NCBI GenBank assembly: GCA_964016885.1
Contig: OZ024741.1
Coordinates: 244,218,001-244,282,000 of the forward strand
DNA from: Eledone cirrhosa
Lineage: Eukaryota
Direction of reading: 5' to 3'
Length of the DNA: 64,000 nt
Both the position numbers and the translations under genes were made by a program. The notes under the pieces are model-generated. The model did not search any database. It was not told the origin of the DNA and saw nothing but the letters and a program-made list of their open reading frames with translations. Below are positions 1 to 11,500 of this stretch, one piece after another; position 1 is the first letter of the stretch; every line of letters starts with the position of its first letter.

Positions 1-200
1 GATCCGACCACGGGCGGCCGGCCCACGATCGAGAAAAAGGTAACTCCGCCGGCAAATAGTCATTTTTGTGATTCGTTTTCTTCGAAGCACACCATTCGCC
101 GCCGGACTTCAGCTTCCTCATTTAGCATGGGCAGCTTTTCTTGAAAATCACACCACACACAGAAAATGTCTGTCTGCACAGGTACTAGTAATTACAGATC
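1..200 (+). repeat. Example of class B monomer (200 bp)
   Basis: +3 nt in gatcgagaaaaagg (or gatcgaaaaaaagg), aaatagtc instead of aaatccgc, +1 T in cgttttcttcg; next monomer starts at 201. Confidence 0.95.
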
Positions 201-1380
201 GATCCGAAGACGGGCGGCCGGCCCACGATCGAAAAGGTAACTCCGCCGGCAAATCCGCATTTTTGTGATTCGTTTCTTCGAAGCACACCATTCGCCGCCG
301 GACTTCAGCTTCCTCATTTAGCATGGGCAGCTTTTCTTGAAAATCACACCACACACAGCAAATCGGTGTCTGCACATTTACCAGTAATTACAGATCGATC
401 CGACCACGGGCGGCCGGCCCACGATCGAAAAGGTAACTCCGCCGGCAAATCCGCATTTTTGTGATTCGTTTCTTCGAAGCACACCATTCGCCGCCGGACT
501 TCAGCTTCCTCATTTAGCATGGGCAGCTTTTCTTGAAAATCACACCACACACAGCAAATCTGTGTCTGCACATTTACCAGTAATTACAGATCGATCCGAC
601 CACGGGCGGCCGGCCCACGATCGAAAAGGTAACTCCGCCGGCAAATCCGCATTTTTGTGATTCGTTTCTTCGAAGCACACCATTCGCTGGTGGACTTCAG
701 CTTCCTCATTTAACATGGGCAGCTTTTCTTGAAAATCACACCACACTCAGCAATTGTGTGTCTGCACATGTACCAGTAATTACAGATCGATCCGCCCACG
801 GGCGGCCGGCCCACGATCGAAAATGTAACTCCGCCGGCAAATTCGCATTTTTGTCATTCGTTTCTTCGAAGCACACCATTCGCTGGTGGACATCAGCTTC
901 CTTATTTAGCATGGGCAGCTTTTCTTGAAAATCAAACCACACACAGCAAATGTGTGTCTGCACATGTACCAGTAATTACAGATCGATCCAACCACGGGCG
1001 GCCGGCCCACGATCGAGAAAAAGGTAACTCCGCCGGCAAATAGTCATTTTTGTGATTCGTTTTCTTCGAAGCACACCATTAGCCGCCGGACTTCAGCTTC
1101 CTCATTTAGCATGGGCAGTTTTTCTTGAAAATCACACCACACACAGAAAATGTGTGTCTGCACAGGTACCAGTAATTACAGATCGATCCGACCACGGGCG
1201 GCCGGCCCACGATCGAAAAGGTAACTCGGCCGGCAAATCCGCATTTTTGTGATTCGTTTCTTCGAAGCACACCATTCGCCGCCGGACTTCAGCTTCCTCA
1301 TTTAGCATGGGCAGCTTTTCTTGAAAATCACACCACACACAGCAAATCTGTGTCTGCACATTTACCAGTAATTACAGATC

Positions 1381-1576
1381 GATCCGACCACGGGCGGCCG
1401 GCCCACGATCGAAAAGGTAACTCCGCCGGCAAATCCGCATTTTTGTGATTCGTTTCTTCGAAGCACACCATTCGCCGCCGGACTTCAGCTTCCTCATTTA
1501 GCATGGGCAGCTTTTCTTGAAAATCACACCACACACAGGAAATGTGTGTCTGCACAGGTACCAGTAATTACAGATC
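1381..1576 (+). repeat. Example of class A monomer (196 bp, majority type)
   Basis: Diagnostic gatcgaaaaggtaac, aaatccgcatttttgtg, cgtttcttcg, cgccgccggacttcagcttcc, ttcttgaaaatc. Confidence 0.95.
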
Positions 1577-2360
1577 GATCCGACCACGGGCGGCCGGGCC
1601 ACGATCGAAAAGGTAACTCCGCCGGCAAATCCGCATTTTTGTGATTCGTTTCTTCGAAGCACACCATTCGCCGCCGGACTTCAGCTTCCCCATTTAGCAT
1701 GGGCAGCTTTTCTTGAAAATCACACCACACACAGCAAATCTGTGTCTGCACATTTACCAGTAATTACAGATCGATCCGACCACGGGCGGCCGGCCCACGA
1801 TCGAAAAGGTAACTCCGCCGGCAAATTCGCATTTTTGTGATTCGTTTCTTCGAAGCACACCATTCGCTGGTGGACTTCAGCTTCCTCATTTAACATGGGC
1901 AGCTTTTCTTGAAAATCACACCACACTCAGCAAATGTGTGTCTGCATAGGTACCAGTACGTACAGATCGATCCGACCACGGGCGGCTGGCCCACATTCGA
2001 AAAGGTTACTCCGCCTGCAAATCGTCATTTTCGGATTCGTTTTCTTCGAAGCACACCATTCGCCGGCGGACTTCAGCTGCCACATTTAACATGGGCAGTT
2101 TTTCTTGAAGATCACACCACACACCGCCAATGAGTGTCTGCACATGTACCAGTAATTACAGATCGATCCGAACCCGGGCGGCCGGCCCACGATCGAAAAG
2201 ATAACTCCGCCGGCAAATCCGCATTTTTGTGATTCGTTTCTTCGAAGCACACCATTCGCCGCCGGACTTCAGCTTCCTCATTTAGCATGGGCGGTTTTTC
2301 TTGAAAATCACACCACACACAGCAAATGTGTGTCTGCACATGTGCCAGGAGGTACAGATC

Positions 2361-2556
2361 GATCCGACCACGGGCGGCCGGCCCACATTCGAAAAGGTTA
2401 CTCCGCCTGCAAATCGTCATTTTCGGATTCGTTTTCTTCGAAGCACACCATTCGCCGGCGGACTTCAGCTGCCTCATTTAACATGGGCAGTTTTTCTTGA
2501 AGATCACACCACACACCGCCAATGATTGGTTGCACATGTACCAGTAATTACAGATC
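2361..2556 (+). repeat. Example of class C monomer (196 bp, most diverged type)
   Basis: Linked variants cacattcg, ggttac, cgcctgc, aaatcgtcattttcgg, cgttttc, cgccggcgg, cagctgcc, ttaacat, cagttttt, gaagatc; usually preceded by cagtacgtacag. Confidence 0.95.
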
Positions 2557-5500
2557 GATCCGACCAGGGGCGGCCGGCCCACGATCGAGAAAAAGGTAAC
2601 TCCGCCGGCAAATAGTCATTTTTGTGATTCGTTTTCTTCGAAGCACACCATTCGCCGCCGGACTTCAGCTTCCTCATTTAGCATGGGCAGCTTTTCTTGA
2701 AAATCACACCACACACAGAAAATGTCTGTCTGCACAGGTACTAGTAATTACAGATCGATCCGAAGACGGGCGGCCGGCCCACGATCGAAAAGGTAACTCC
2801 GCCGGCAAATCCGCATTTTTGTGATTCGTTTCTTCGAAGCACACCATTCGCCGCCGGACTTCAGCTTCCTCATTTAGCATGGGCAGCTTTTCTTGAAAAT
2901 CACACCACACACAGCAAATCGGTGTCTGCACATTTACCAGTAATTACAGATCGATCCGACCACGGGCGGCCGGCCCACGATCGAAAAGGTAACTCCGCCG
3001 GCAAATCCGCATTTTTGTGATTCGTTTCTTCGAAGCACACCATTCGCCGCCGGACTTCAGCTTCCTCATTTAGCATGGGCAGCTTTTCTTAAAAATCACA
3101 CCACATTCAGCAAATGTGTGTCTGCACATGTACCAGTACGTACAGATCGATCCGACCACGGGCGGCCGGCCCACGATCGAAAAGGTAACTCCGCCGGCAA
3201 ATCCGCATTTTTGTGATTCGTTTCTTCGAAGCACACCATTCGCCGCCGGACTTCAGCTTCCTCATTTAGCATGGGCAGCTTTTCTTGAAAATCACACCAC
3301 ACACAGCAAATCTGTGTCTGCACATTTACCAGTAATTACAGATCGATCCGACCACGGGCGGCCGGCCCACGATCGAAAAGGTAACTCCGCCGGCAAATCC
3401 GCATTTTTGTGATTCGTTTCTTCGAAGCACACCATTCGCTGGTGGACTTCAGCTTCCTCATTTAACATGGGCAGCTTTTCTTGAAAATCACACCACACTC
3501 AGCAATTGTGTGTCTGCACATGTACCAGTAATTACAGATCGATCCGCCCACGGGCGGCCGGCCCACGATCGAAAATGTAACTCCGCCGGCAAATTCGCAT
3601 TTTTGTCATTCGTTTCTTCGAAGCACACCATTCGCTGGTGGACATCAGCTTCCTTATTTAGCATGGGCAGCTTTTCTTGAAAATCAAACCACACACAGCA
3701 AATGTGTGTCTGCACATGTACCAGTAATTACAGATCGATCCAACCACGGGCGGCCGGCCCACGATCGAGAAAAAGGTAACTCCGCCGGCAAATAGTCATT
3801 TTTGTGATTTTGTTTTCTTCGAAGCACACCATTAGCCGCCGGACTTCAGCTTCCTCATTTAGCATGGGCAGCTTTTCTTGAAAATCACACCACACACAGA
3901 AAATGTGTGTCTGCACAGGTACCAGTAATTACAGATCGATCCGACCACGGGCGGCCGGCCCACGATCGAAAAGGTAACTCGGCCGGCAAATCCGCATTTT
4001 TGTGATTCGTTTCTTCGAAGCACACCATTCGCCGCCGGACTTCAGCTTCCTCATTTAGCATGGGCAGCTTTTCTTGAAAATCACACCACACACAGCAAAT
4101 CTGTGTCTGCACATTTACCAGTAATTACAGATCGATCCGACCACGGGCGGCCGGCCCACGATCGAAAAGGTAACTCCGCCGGCAAATCCGCATTTTTGTG
4201 ATTCGTTTCTTCGAAGCACACCATTCGCCGCCGGACTTCAGCTTCCTCATTTAGCATGGGCAGCTTTTCTTGAAAATCACACCACACACAGGAAATGTGT
4301 GTCTGCACAGGTACCAGTAATTACAGATCGATCCGACCACGGGCGACCGGGCCACGATCGAAAAGGTAACTCCGCCGGCAAATCCGCATTTTTGTGATTC
4401 GTTTCTTCGAAGCACACCATTCGCCGCCGGACTTCAGCTTCCCCATTTAGCATGGGCAGCTTTTCTTGAAAATCACACCACACACAGCAAATCTGTGTCT
4501 GCACATTTACCAGTAATTACAGATCGATCCGACCACGGGCGGCCGGCCCACGATCGAAAAGGTAACTCCGCCGGCAAATTCGCATTTTTGTGATTCGTTT
4601 CTTCGAAGCACACCATTCGCTGGTGGACTTCAGCTTCCTCATTTAACATGGGCAGCTTTTCTTGAAAATCACACCACACTCAGCAAATGTGTGTCTGCAT
4701 AGGTACCAGTACGTACAGATCGATCCGACCACGGGCGGCTGGCCCACATTCGTAAAGGTTACTCCGCCTGCAAATCGTCATTTTCGGATTCGTTTTCTTC
4801 GAAGCACACCATTCGCCGGCGGACTTCAGCTGCCTCATTTAACATGGGCAGTTTTTCTTGAAGATCACACCACACACCGCCAATGAGTGTCTGCACATGT
4901 ACCAGTAATTACAGATCGATCCGACCCCGGGCGGCCGGCCCACGATCGAAAAGATAACTCCGCCGGCAAATCCGCATTTTTGTGATTCGTTTCTTCGAAG
5001 CACACCATTCGCCGCCGGACTTCAGCTTCCTCATTTAGCATGGGCGGTTTTTCTTGAAAATCACACCACACACAGCAAATGTGTGTCTGCACATGTGCCA
5101 GTAGGTACAGATCGATCCGACCACGGGCGGCCGGCCCACATTCGAAAAGGTTACTCCGCCTGCAAATCGTCATTTTCGGATTCGTTTTCTTCGAAGCACA
5201 CCATTCGCCGGCGGACTTCAGCTGCCTCATTTAACATGGGCAGTTTTTCTTGAAGATCACACCACACACCGCCAATGATTGGTTGCACATGTACCAGTAA
5301 TTACAGATCGATCCGACCAGGGGCGGCCGGCCCACGATCGAGAAAAAGGTAACTCCGCCGGCAAATAGTCATTTTTGTGATTCGTTTTCTTCGAAGCACA
5401 CCATTCGCCGCCGGACTTCAGCTTCCTCATTTAGCATGGGCAGCTTTTCTTGAAAATCACACCACACACAGAAAATGTCTGTCTGCACAGGTACTAGTAA

Positions 5501-8500
5501 TTACAGATCGATCCGAAGACGGGCGGCCGGCCCACGATCGAAAAGGTAACTCCGCCGGCAAATCCGCATTTTTGTGATTCGTTTCTTCGAAGCACACCAT
5601 TCGCCGCCGGACTTCAGCTTCCTCATTTAGCATGGGCAGCTTTTCTTGAAAATCACACCACACACAGCAAATCGGTGTCTGCACATTTCCCAGTAATTAC
5701 AGATCGATCCGACCACGGGCGGCCGGCCCACGATCGAAAAGGTAACTCCGCCGGCAAATCCGCATTTTTGTGATTCGTTTCTTCGAAGCACACCATTCGC
5801 TGGTGGACTTCAGCTTCCTCATTTAACATGGGCAGCTTTTCTTGAAAATCACACCACACTCAGCAATTGTGTGTCTGCACATGTACCAGTAATTACAGAT
5901 CGATCCGCCCACGGGCGGCCGGCCCACGATCGAAAATGTAACTCCGCCGGCAAATTCGCATTTTTGTCATTCGTTTCTTCGAAGCACACCATTCGCTGGT
6001 GGACATCAGCTTCCTTATTTAGCATGGGCAGCTTTTCTTGAAAATCAAACCACACACAGCAAATGTGTGTCTGCACATGTACCAGTAATTACAGATCGAT
6101 CCAACCACGGGCGGCCGGCCCACGATCGAGAAAAAGGTAACTCCGCCGGCAAATAGTCATTTTTGTGATTCGTTTTCTTCGAAGCACACCATTAGCCGCC
6201 GGACTTCAGCTTCCTCATTTAGCATGGGCAGCTTTTCTTGAAAATCACACCACACACAGAAAATGTGTGTCTGCACAGGTACCAGTAATTACAGATCGAT
6301 CCGACCACGGGCGGCCGGCCCACGATCGAAAAGGTAACTCGGCCGGCAAATCCGCATTTTTGTGATTCGTTTCTTCGAAGCACACCATTCGCCGCCGGAC
6401 TTCAGCTTCCTCATTTAGCATGGGCAGCTTTTCTTGAAAATCACACCACACACAGCAAATCTGTGTCTGCACATTTACCAGTAATTACAGATCGATCCGA
6501 CCACGGGCGGCCGGCCCACGATCGAAAAGGTAACTCCGCCGGCAAATCCGCATTTTTGTGATTCGTTTCTTCGAAGCACACCATTCGCCGCCGGACTTCA
6601 GCTTCCTCATTTAGCATGGGCAGCTTTTCTTGAAAATCACACCACACACAGGAAATGTGTGTCTGCACAGGTACCAGTAATTACAGATCGATCCGACCAC
6701 GGGCGGCCGGGCCACGATCGAAAAGGTAACTCCGCCGGCAAATCCGCATTTTTGTGATTCGTTTCTTCGAAGCACACCATTCGCCGCCGGACTTCAGCTT
6801 CCCCATTTAGCATGGGCAGCTTTTCTTGAAAATCACACCACACACAGCAAATCTGTGTCTGCACATTTACCAGTAATTACAGATCGATCCGACCACGGGC
6901 GGCCGGCCCACGATCGAAAAGGTAACTCCGCCGGCAAATTCGCATTTTTGTGATTCGTTTCTTCGAAGCACACCATTCGCTGGTGGACTTCAGCTTCCTC
7001 ATTTAACATGGGCAGCTTTTCTTGAAAATCACACCACACTCAGCAAATGTGTGTCTGCATAGGTACCAGTACGTACAGATCGATCCGACCACGGGCGGCT
7101 GGCCCACATTCGAAAAGGTTACTCCGCCTGCAAATCGTCATTTTCGGATTCGTTTTCTTCGAAGCACACCATTCGCCGGCGGACTTCAGCTGCCTCATTT
7201 AACATGGGCAGTTTTTCTTGAAGATCACACCACACACCGCCAATGAGTGTCTGCACATGTACCAGTAATTACAGATCGATCCGACCCCGGGCGGCCGGCC
7301 CACGATCGAAAAGATAACTCCGCCGGCAAATCCGCATTTTTGTGATTCGTTTCTTCGAAGCACACCATTCGCCGCCGGACTTCAGCTTCCTCATTTAGCA
7401 TGGGCGGTTTTTCTTGAAAATCACACCACACACAGCAAATGTGTGTCTGCACATGTGCCAGTAGGTACAGATCGATCCGACCACGGGCGGCCGGCCCACA
7501 TTCGAAAAGGTTACTCCGCCTGCAAATCGTCATTTTCGGATTCGTTTTCTTCGAAGCACACCATTCGCCGGCGGACTTCAGCTGCCTCATTTAACATGGG
7601 CAGTTTTTCTTGAAGATCACACCACACACCGCCAATGATTGGTTGCACATGTACCAGTAATTACAGATCGATCCGACCAGGGGCGGCCGGCCCACGATCG
7701 AGAAAAAGGTAACTCCGCCGGCAAATAGTCATTTTTGTGATTCGTTTTCTTCGAAGCACACCATTCGCCGCCGGACTTCAGCTTCCTCATTTAGCATGGG
7801 CAGCTTTTCTTGAAAATCACACCACACACAGAAAATGTGTGTCTGCACAGGTACCAGTAATTACAGATCGATCCGACCACGGGCGGCCGGCCCACGATCG
7901 AAAAGGTAACTCCGCCGGCAAATCCTCATTTTTGTGATTCGTTTCTTCGAAGCACACCATTCGCCGCCGGACTTCAGCTTCCTCATTTAGCATGGGCAGC
8001 TTTTCTTGAAAATCACACCACACACAGCCAATGAGTGTCCGCACATCTACCAGTAATTACAGATCGATCCGACCACGGGCGGCCGGCCCACAATCGAAAA
8101 GGTAACTCCGCCGGCAAATTCGCATTTTTGTGATTCGTTTCTTCGAAGCACACCATTCGCTGGTGGACTTCAGCTTCCTCATTTAGCATGGGCAGCTTTT
8201 CTTGAAAATCACACCACACACAGCAAATGTGTGTCTGCACATGTAACAGTACGTACAGATCGATCCGACCACGGGCGGCCGGACCACATTCGAAAAGGTT
8301 ACTCCGCCTGCAAATCGTCATTTTCGGATTCGTTTTCTTCGAAGCACACCATTCGCCGGCGGACTTCAGCTGCCTCATTTAACATGGGCAGTTTTTCTTG
8401 AAGATCACACCACACACCGCCAATGAGTGTTTGCACATGTACCAGTAATTACAGATCGATCCGACCACGGGCGGCCGGCCCACGATCGAGAAAAATGTAA

Positions 8501-11500
8501 CTCCGCCGGCAAATAGTCATTTTTGTGATTCGTTTTCTTCGAAGCACACCATTCGCCGCCGGACTTCAGCTTCCTCATTTAGCATGGGCAGCTTTTCTTA
8601 AAAATCACACCACACTCAGCAAATGTGAGTCTGCACATGTACCAGTAATTACAGATCGATCCGACCACTGGCGGCCTGCCCACGATCGAAAAGGTAACTC
8701 CGCCGGCAAATTCGCATTTTTGTGATTCGTTTCTTCGAAGCACACCATTCGCCGCCGGACTTCAGCTTCCTCATTTAGCATGGGCAGCTTTTCTTGAAAA
8801 TCACACCACACACAGCAAATGTGAGTGTGCACATTTTCCAGTAATTACAGATCGATCCGACCACGGGCGGCCGGCCCACGATCGAAAAGGTAACTCCGCC
8901 GGCAAATCCGCATTTTTGTGATTCGTTTCTTCGAAGCACACCATTCGCCGCCGGACTTCAGCTTCCTCATTTACCATGGGCAGCTTTTCTTAAAAATCAC
9001 ACCATACTCAGCAAATGTGTGTCTGCACATGTACCAGTAATTACAGATCGATCCGACTACGGGCGGCCTGCCCACGATCGAAAAGGTAACTCCGCCGGCA
9101 AATTCGCATTTTTGTGATTCGTTTCTTCGAAGCACACCATTCGCTGGTGGACTTCAGCTTCCTCATTTAACATGGGCAGCTTTTCTTGAAAATCACACCA
9201 CACTCAGCAAATGTGTGTCTGCACATGTACCAGTAATTACAGATCGATCCGACCACGGGCGGCCGGCCCACGATCGAAAAGGTAACTCCGCCGGCAAATC
9301 CGCATTTTTGTGATTCGTTTCTTCGAAGCACACCATTCGCCGCCGGACTTCAGCTTCCTCATTTAGCATGGGCGGTTTTTCTTGAAAATCACACCACACA
9401 CAGCAAATGTGTGTCTGCACATGTACCAGTACGTACAGATCGATCCGACCACGGGAGGCCGGCCCACATTCGAAAAGGTTACTCCGCCTGCAAATCGTCA
9501 TTTTCGGATTCGTTTTCTTCGAAGCACACCATTCGCCGGCGGACTTCAGCTGCCTCATTTAACATGGGCAGTTTTTCTTGAAGATCACACCACACACCGC
9601 CAATGAGTGTTTGCACATGTACCAGTAATTACAGATCGATCCGACCACGGGCGGCCGGCCCACGATCGAGAAAAAAGTAACTCCGCCGGCAAATAGTCAT
9701 TTTTGTGATTCGTTTTCTTCGAAGCACACCATTCGCCGCCGGACTTCAGCTTCCTCATTTAGCATGGGCAGCTTTTCTTGAAAATCACACCACACACAGA
9801 AAATGTGTGTCTGCACAGGTACCAGTAATTACAGATCGATCCGACCACGGGCGGCCGGCCCACGATCGAAAAGGTAACTCCGCCGGCAAATCCGCATTTT
9901 TGTGATTCGTTTCTTCGAAGCACACCATTCGCCGCCGGACTTCAGCTTCCTCATTTAGCATGGGCAGCTTTTCTTGAAAATCACACCACACACAGCAAAT
10001 CTGTGTCTGCACATTTACCAGTAATTACAGATCGATCCGACCACGGGTGGCCGGCCCACGATCGAAAAGGTAACTCTGCCGGCAAATCCGCATTTTTGTG
10101 ATTCGTTTCTTCGAAGCACACCATTCGCCGCCGGACTTCAGCTTCCTCATTTAGCATGGGCAGCTTTTCTTGAAAATCACACCACACACAGGAAATGTGT
10201 GTCTGCACAATTTCCAGTAATTACAGATCGATCCGACCAGGGGCGGCCGGCCCACGATCGAAAAGGTAACTCCGCCGGCAAATCCGCATTTTTGTGATTC
10301 GTTTCTTCGAAGCACACCATTCGCCGCCGGACTTCAGCTTCCTCATTTAGCATGGGCAGCTTTTCTTAAAAATCACACCACACTCAGCAAATGTGTGTCT
10401 GCACAGGTACCAGTAATTACAGATCGATCCGACCACGGGCGGCCGGCCCACGATCGAAAAGGTAACTCCGCCGGCAAATTCGCATTTTTGTGATTCGTTT
10501 CTTCGAAGCACACCATTCGCTGGTGGACTTCAGCTTCCTCATTTAACATGGGCAGCTTTTCTTGAAAATCACACCACACTCAGCAAATGTGTGTCTGCAT
10601 AGGTACCAGTACGTACAGATCGATCCGACCACGGGCGGCTGGCCCACATTCGAAAAGGTTACTCCGCCTGCAAATCGTCATTTTCGGATTCGTTTTCTTC
10701 GAAGCACACCATTCGCCGGCGGACTTCAGCTGCCTCATTTAACATGGGCAGTTTTTCTTGAAGATCACACCACACACCGCCAATGAGTGTCTGCACATGT
10801 ACCAGTAATTACAGATCGATCCGACCCCGGGCGGCCGGCCCACGATCGAAAAGATAACTCCGCCGGCAAATCCGCATTTTTGTGATTCGTTTCTTCGAAG
10901 CACACCATTCGCCGCCGGACTTCAGCTTCCTCATTTAGCATGGGCGGTTTTTCTTGAAAATCACACCACACACAGCAAATGTGTGTCTGCACATGTGCCA
11001 GTAGGTACAGATCGATCCGACCACGGGCGGCCGGCCCACATTCGAAAAGGTTACTCCGCCTGCAAATCGTCATTTTCGGATTCGTTTTCTTCGAAGCACA
11101 CCATTCGCCGGCGGACTTCAGCTGCCTCATTTAACATGGGCAGTTTTTCTTGAAGATCACACCACACACCGCCAATGATTGGTTGCACATGTACCAGTAA
11201 TTACAGATCGATCCGACCAGGGGCGGCCGGCCCACGATCGAGAAAAAGGTAACTCCGCCGGCAAATAGTCATTTTTGTGATTCGTTTTCTTCGAAGCACA
11301 CCATTCGCCGCCGGACTTCAGCTTCCTCATTTAGCATGGGCAGCTTTTCTTGAAAATCACACCACACACAGAAAATGTGTGTCTGCACAGGTACCAGTAA
11401 TTACAGATCGATCCGACCACGGGCGGCCGGCCCACGATCGAAAAGGTAACTCCGCCGGCAAATCCTCATTTTTGTGATTCGTTTCTTCGAAGCACACCAT

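Larger units (their letters stand above)
1..7669 (+). repeat. Higher-order repeat, three variant copies: 1-2556 (13-mer), 2557-5309 (14-mer), 5310-7669 (12-mer)
   Basis: Private marker gatccgaagacggg at 201, 2757, 5510. Same ordered markers (aatcggtgtc, cagcaattgtg, cattagccgcc, actcggcc, cttccccatt, gataact, aatgattggtt) in each copy. Lengths fit 11x196+2x200, 12x196+200+201 and 10x196+2x200. Confidence 0.92.

Noticed and set aside
1-200. Trypanosoma cruzi 195-bp satellite (similar length and GC)
   Set aside because: The TCZ1 primer sequence as I recall it (CGAGCTCTTGCCCACACGGGTGCT) is absent on both strands, and I see only short non-collinear word matches. A BLASTN would settle it.
1449-1480. 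CENP-B box (several TTCG words and a CGGG)
   Set aside because: No match to NTTCGNNNNANNCGGGN on either strand of the consensus or the common variants.
1445-1495. Hammerhead ribozyme satellite on the minus strand (CTGAAGT ... GAAAC)
   Set aside because: The core needs CUGANGA; here it is CUGAAGU or CUGAUGU, and no stem II closes between the two motifs. An Infernal search with Rfam hammerhead models would confirm.
1454-1522. STAT-like (TTCTTCGAA) or heat-shock-like (TTCTTGAA) sites in each monomer
   Set aside because: These are short degenerate motifs with no gene nearby and an unknown organism; not supportable as regulatory sites.
1381-1576. tRNA, 5S rRNA or snRNA tandem gene array (TTCGAA resembles a T-loop)
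   Set aside because: No GGTTCGANTCC B-box, no cloverleaf, and no resemblance to 5S, spliced-leader or U snRNA sequences that I recognise.
3737-3937. Unique 201-bp monomer (gtgattttgttttc), and the 199-bp B monomer at 15734
   Set aside because: Singleton indels in or next to homopolymer runs; they could be sequencing errors, so no meaning is assigned.
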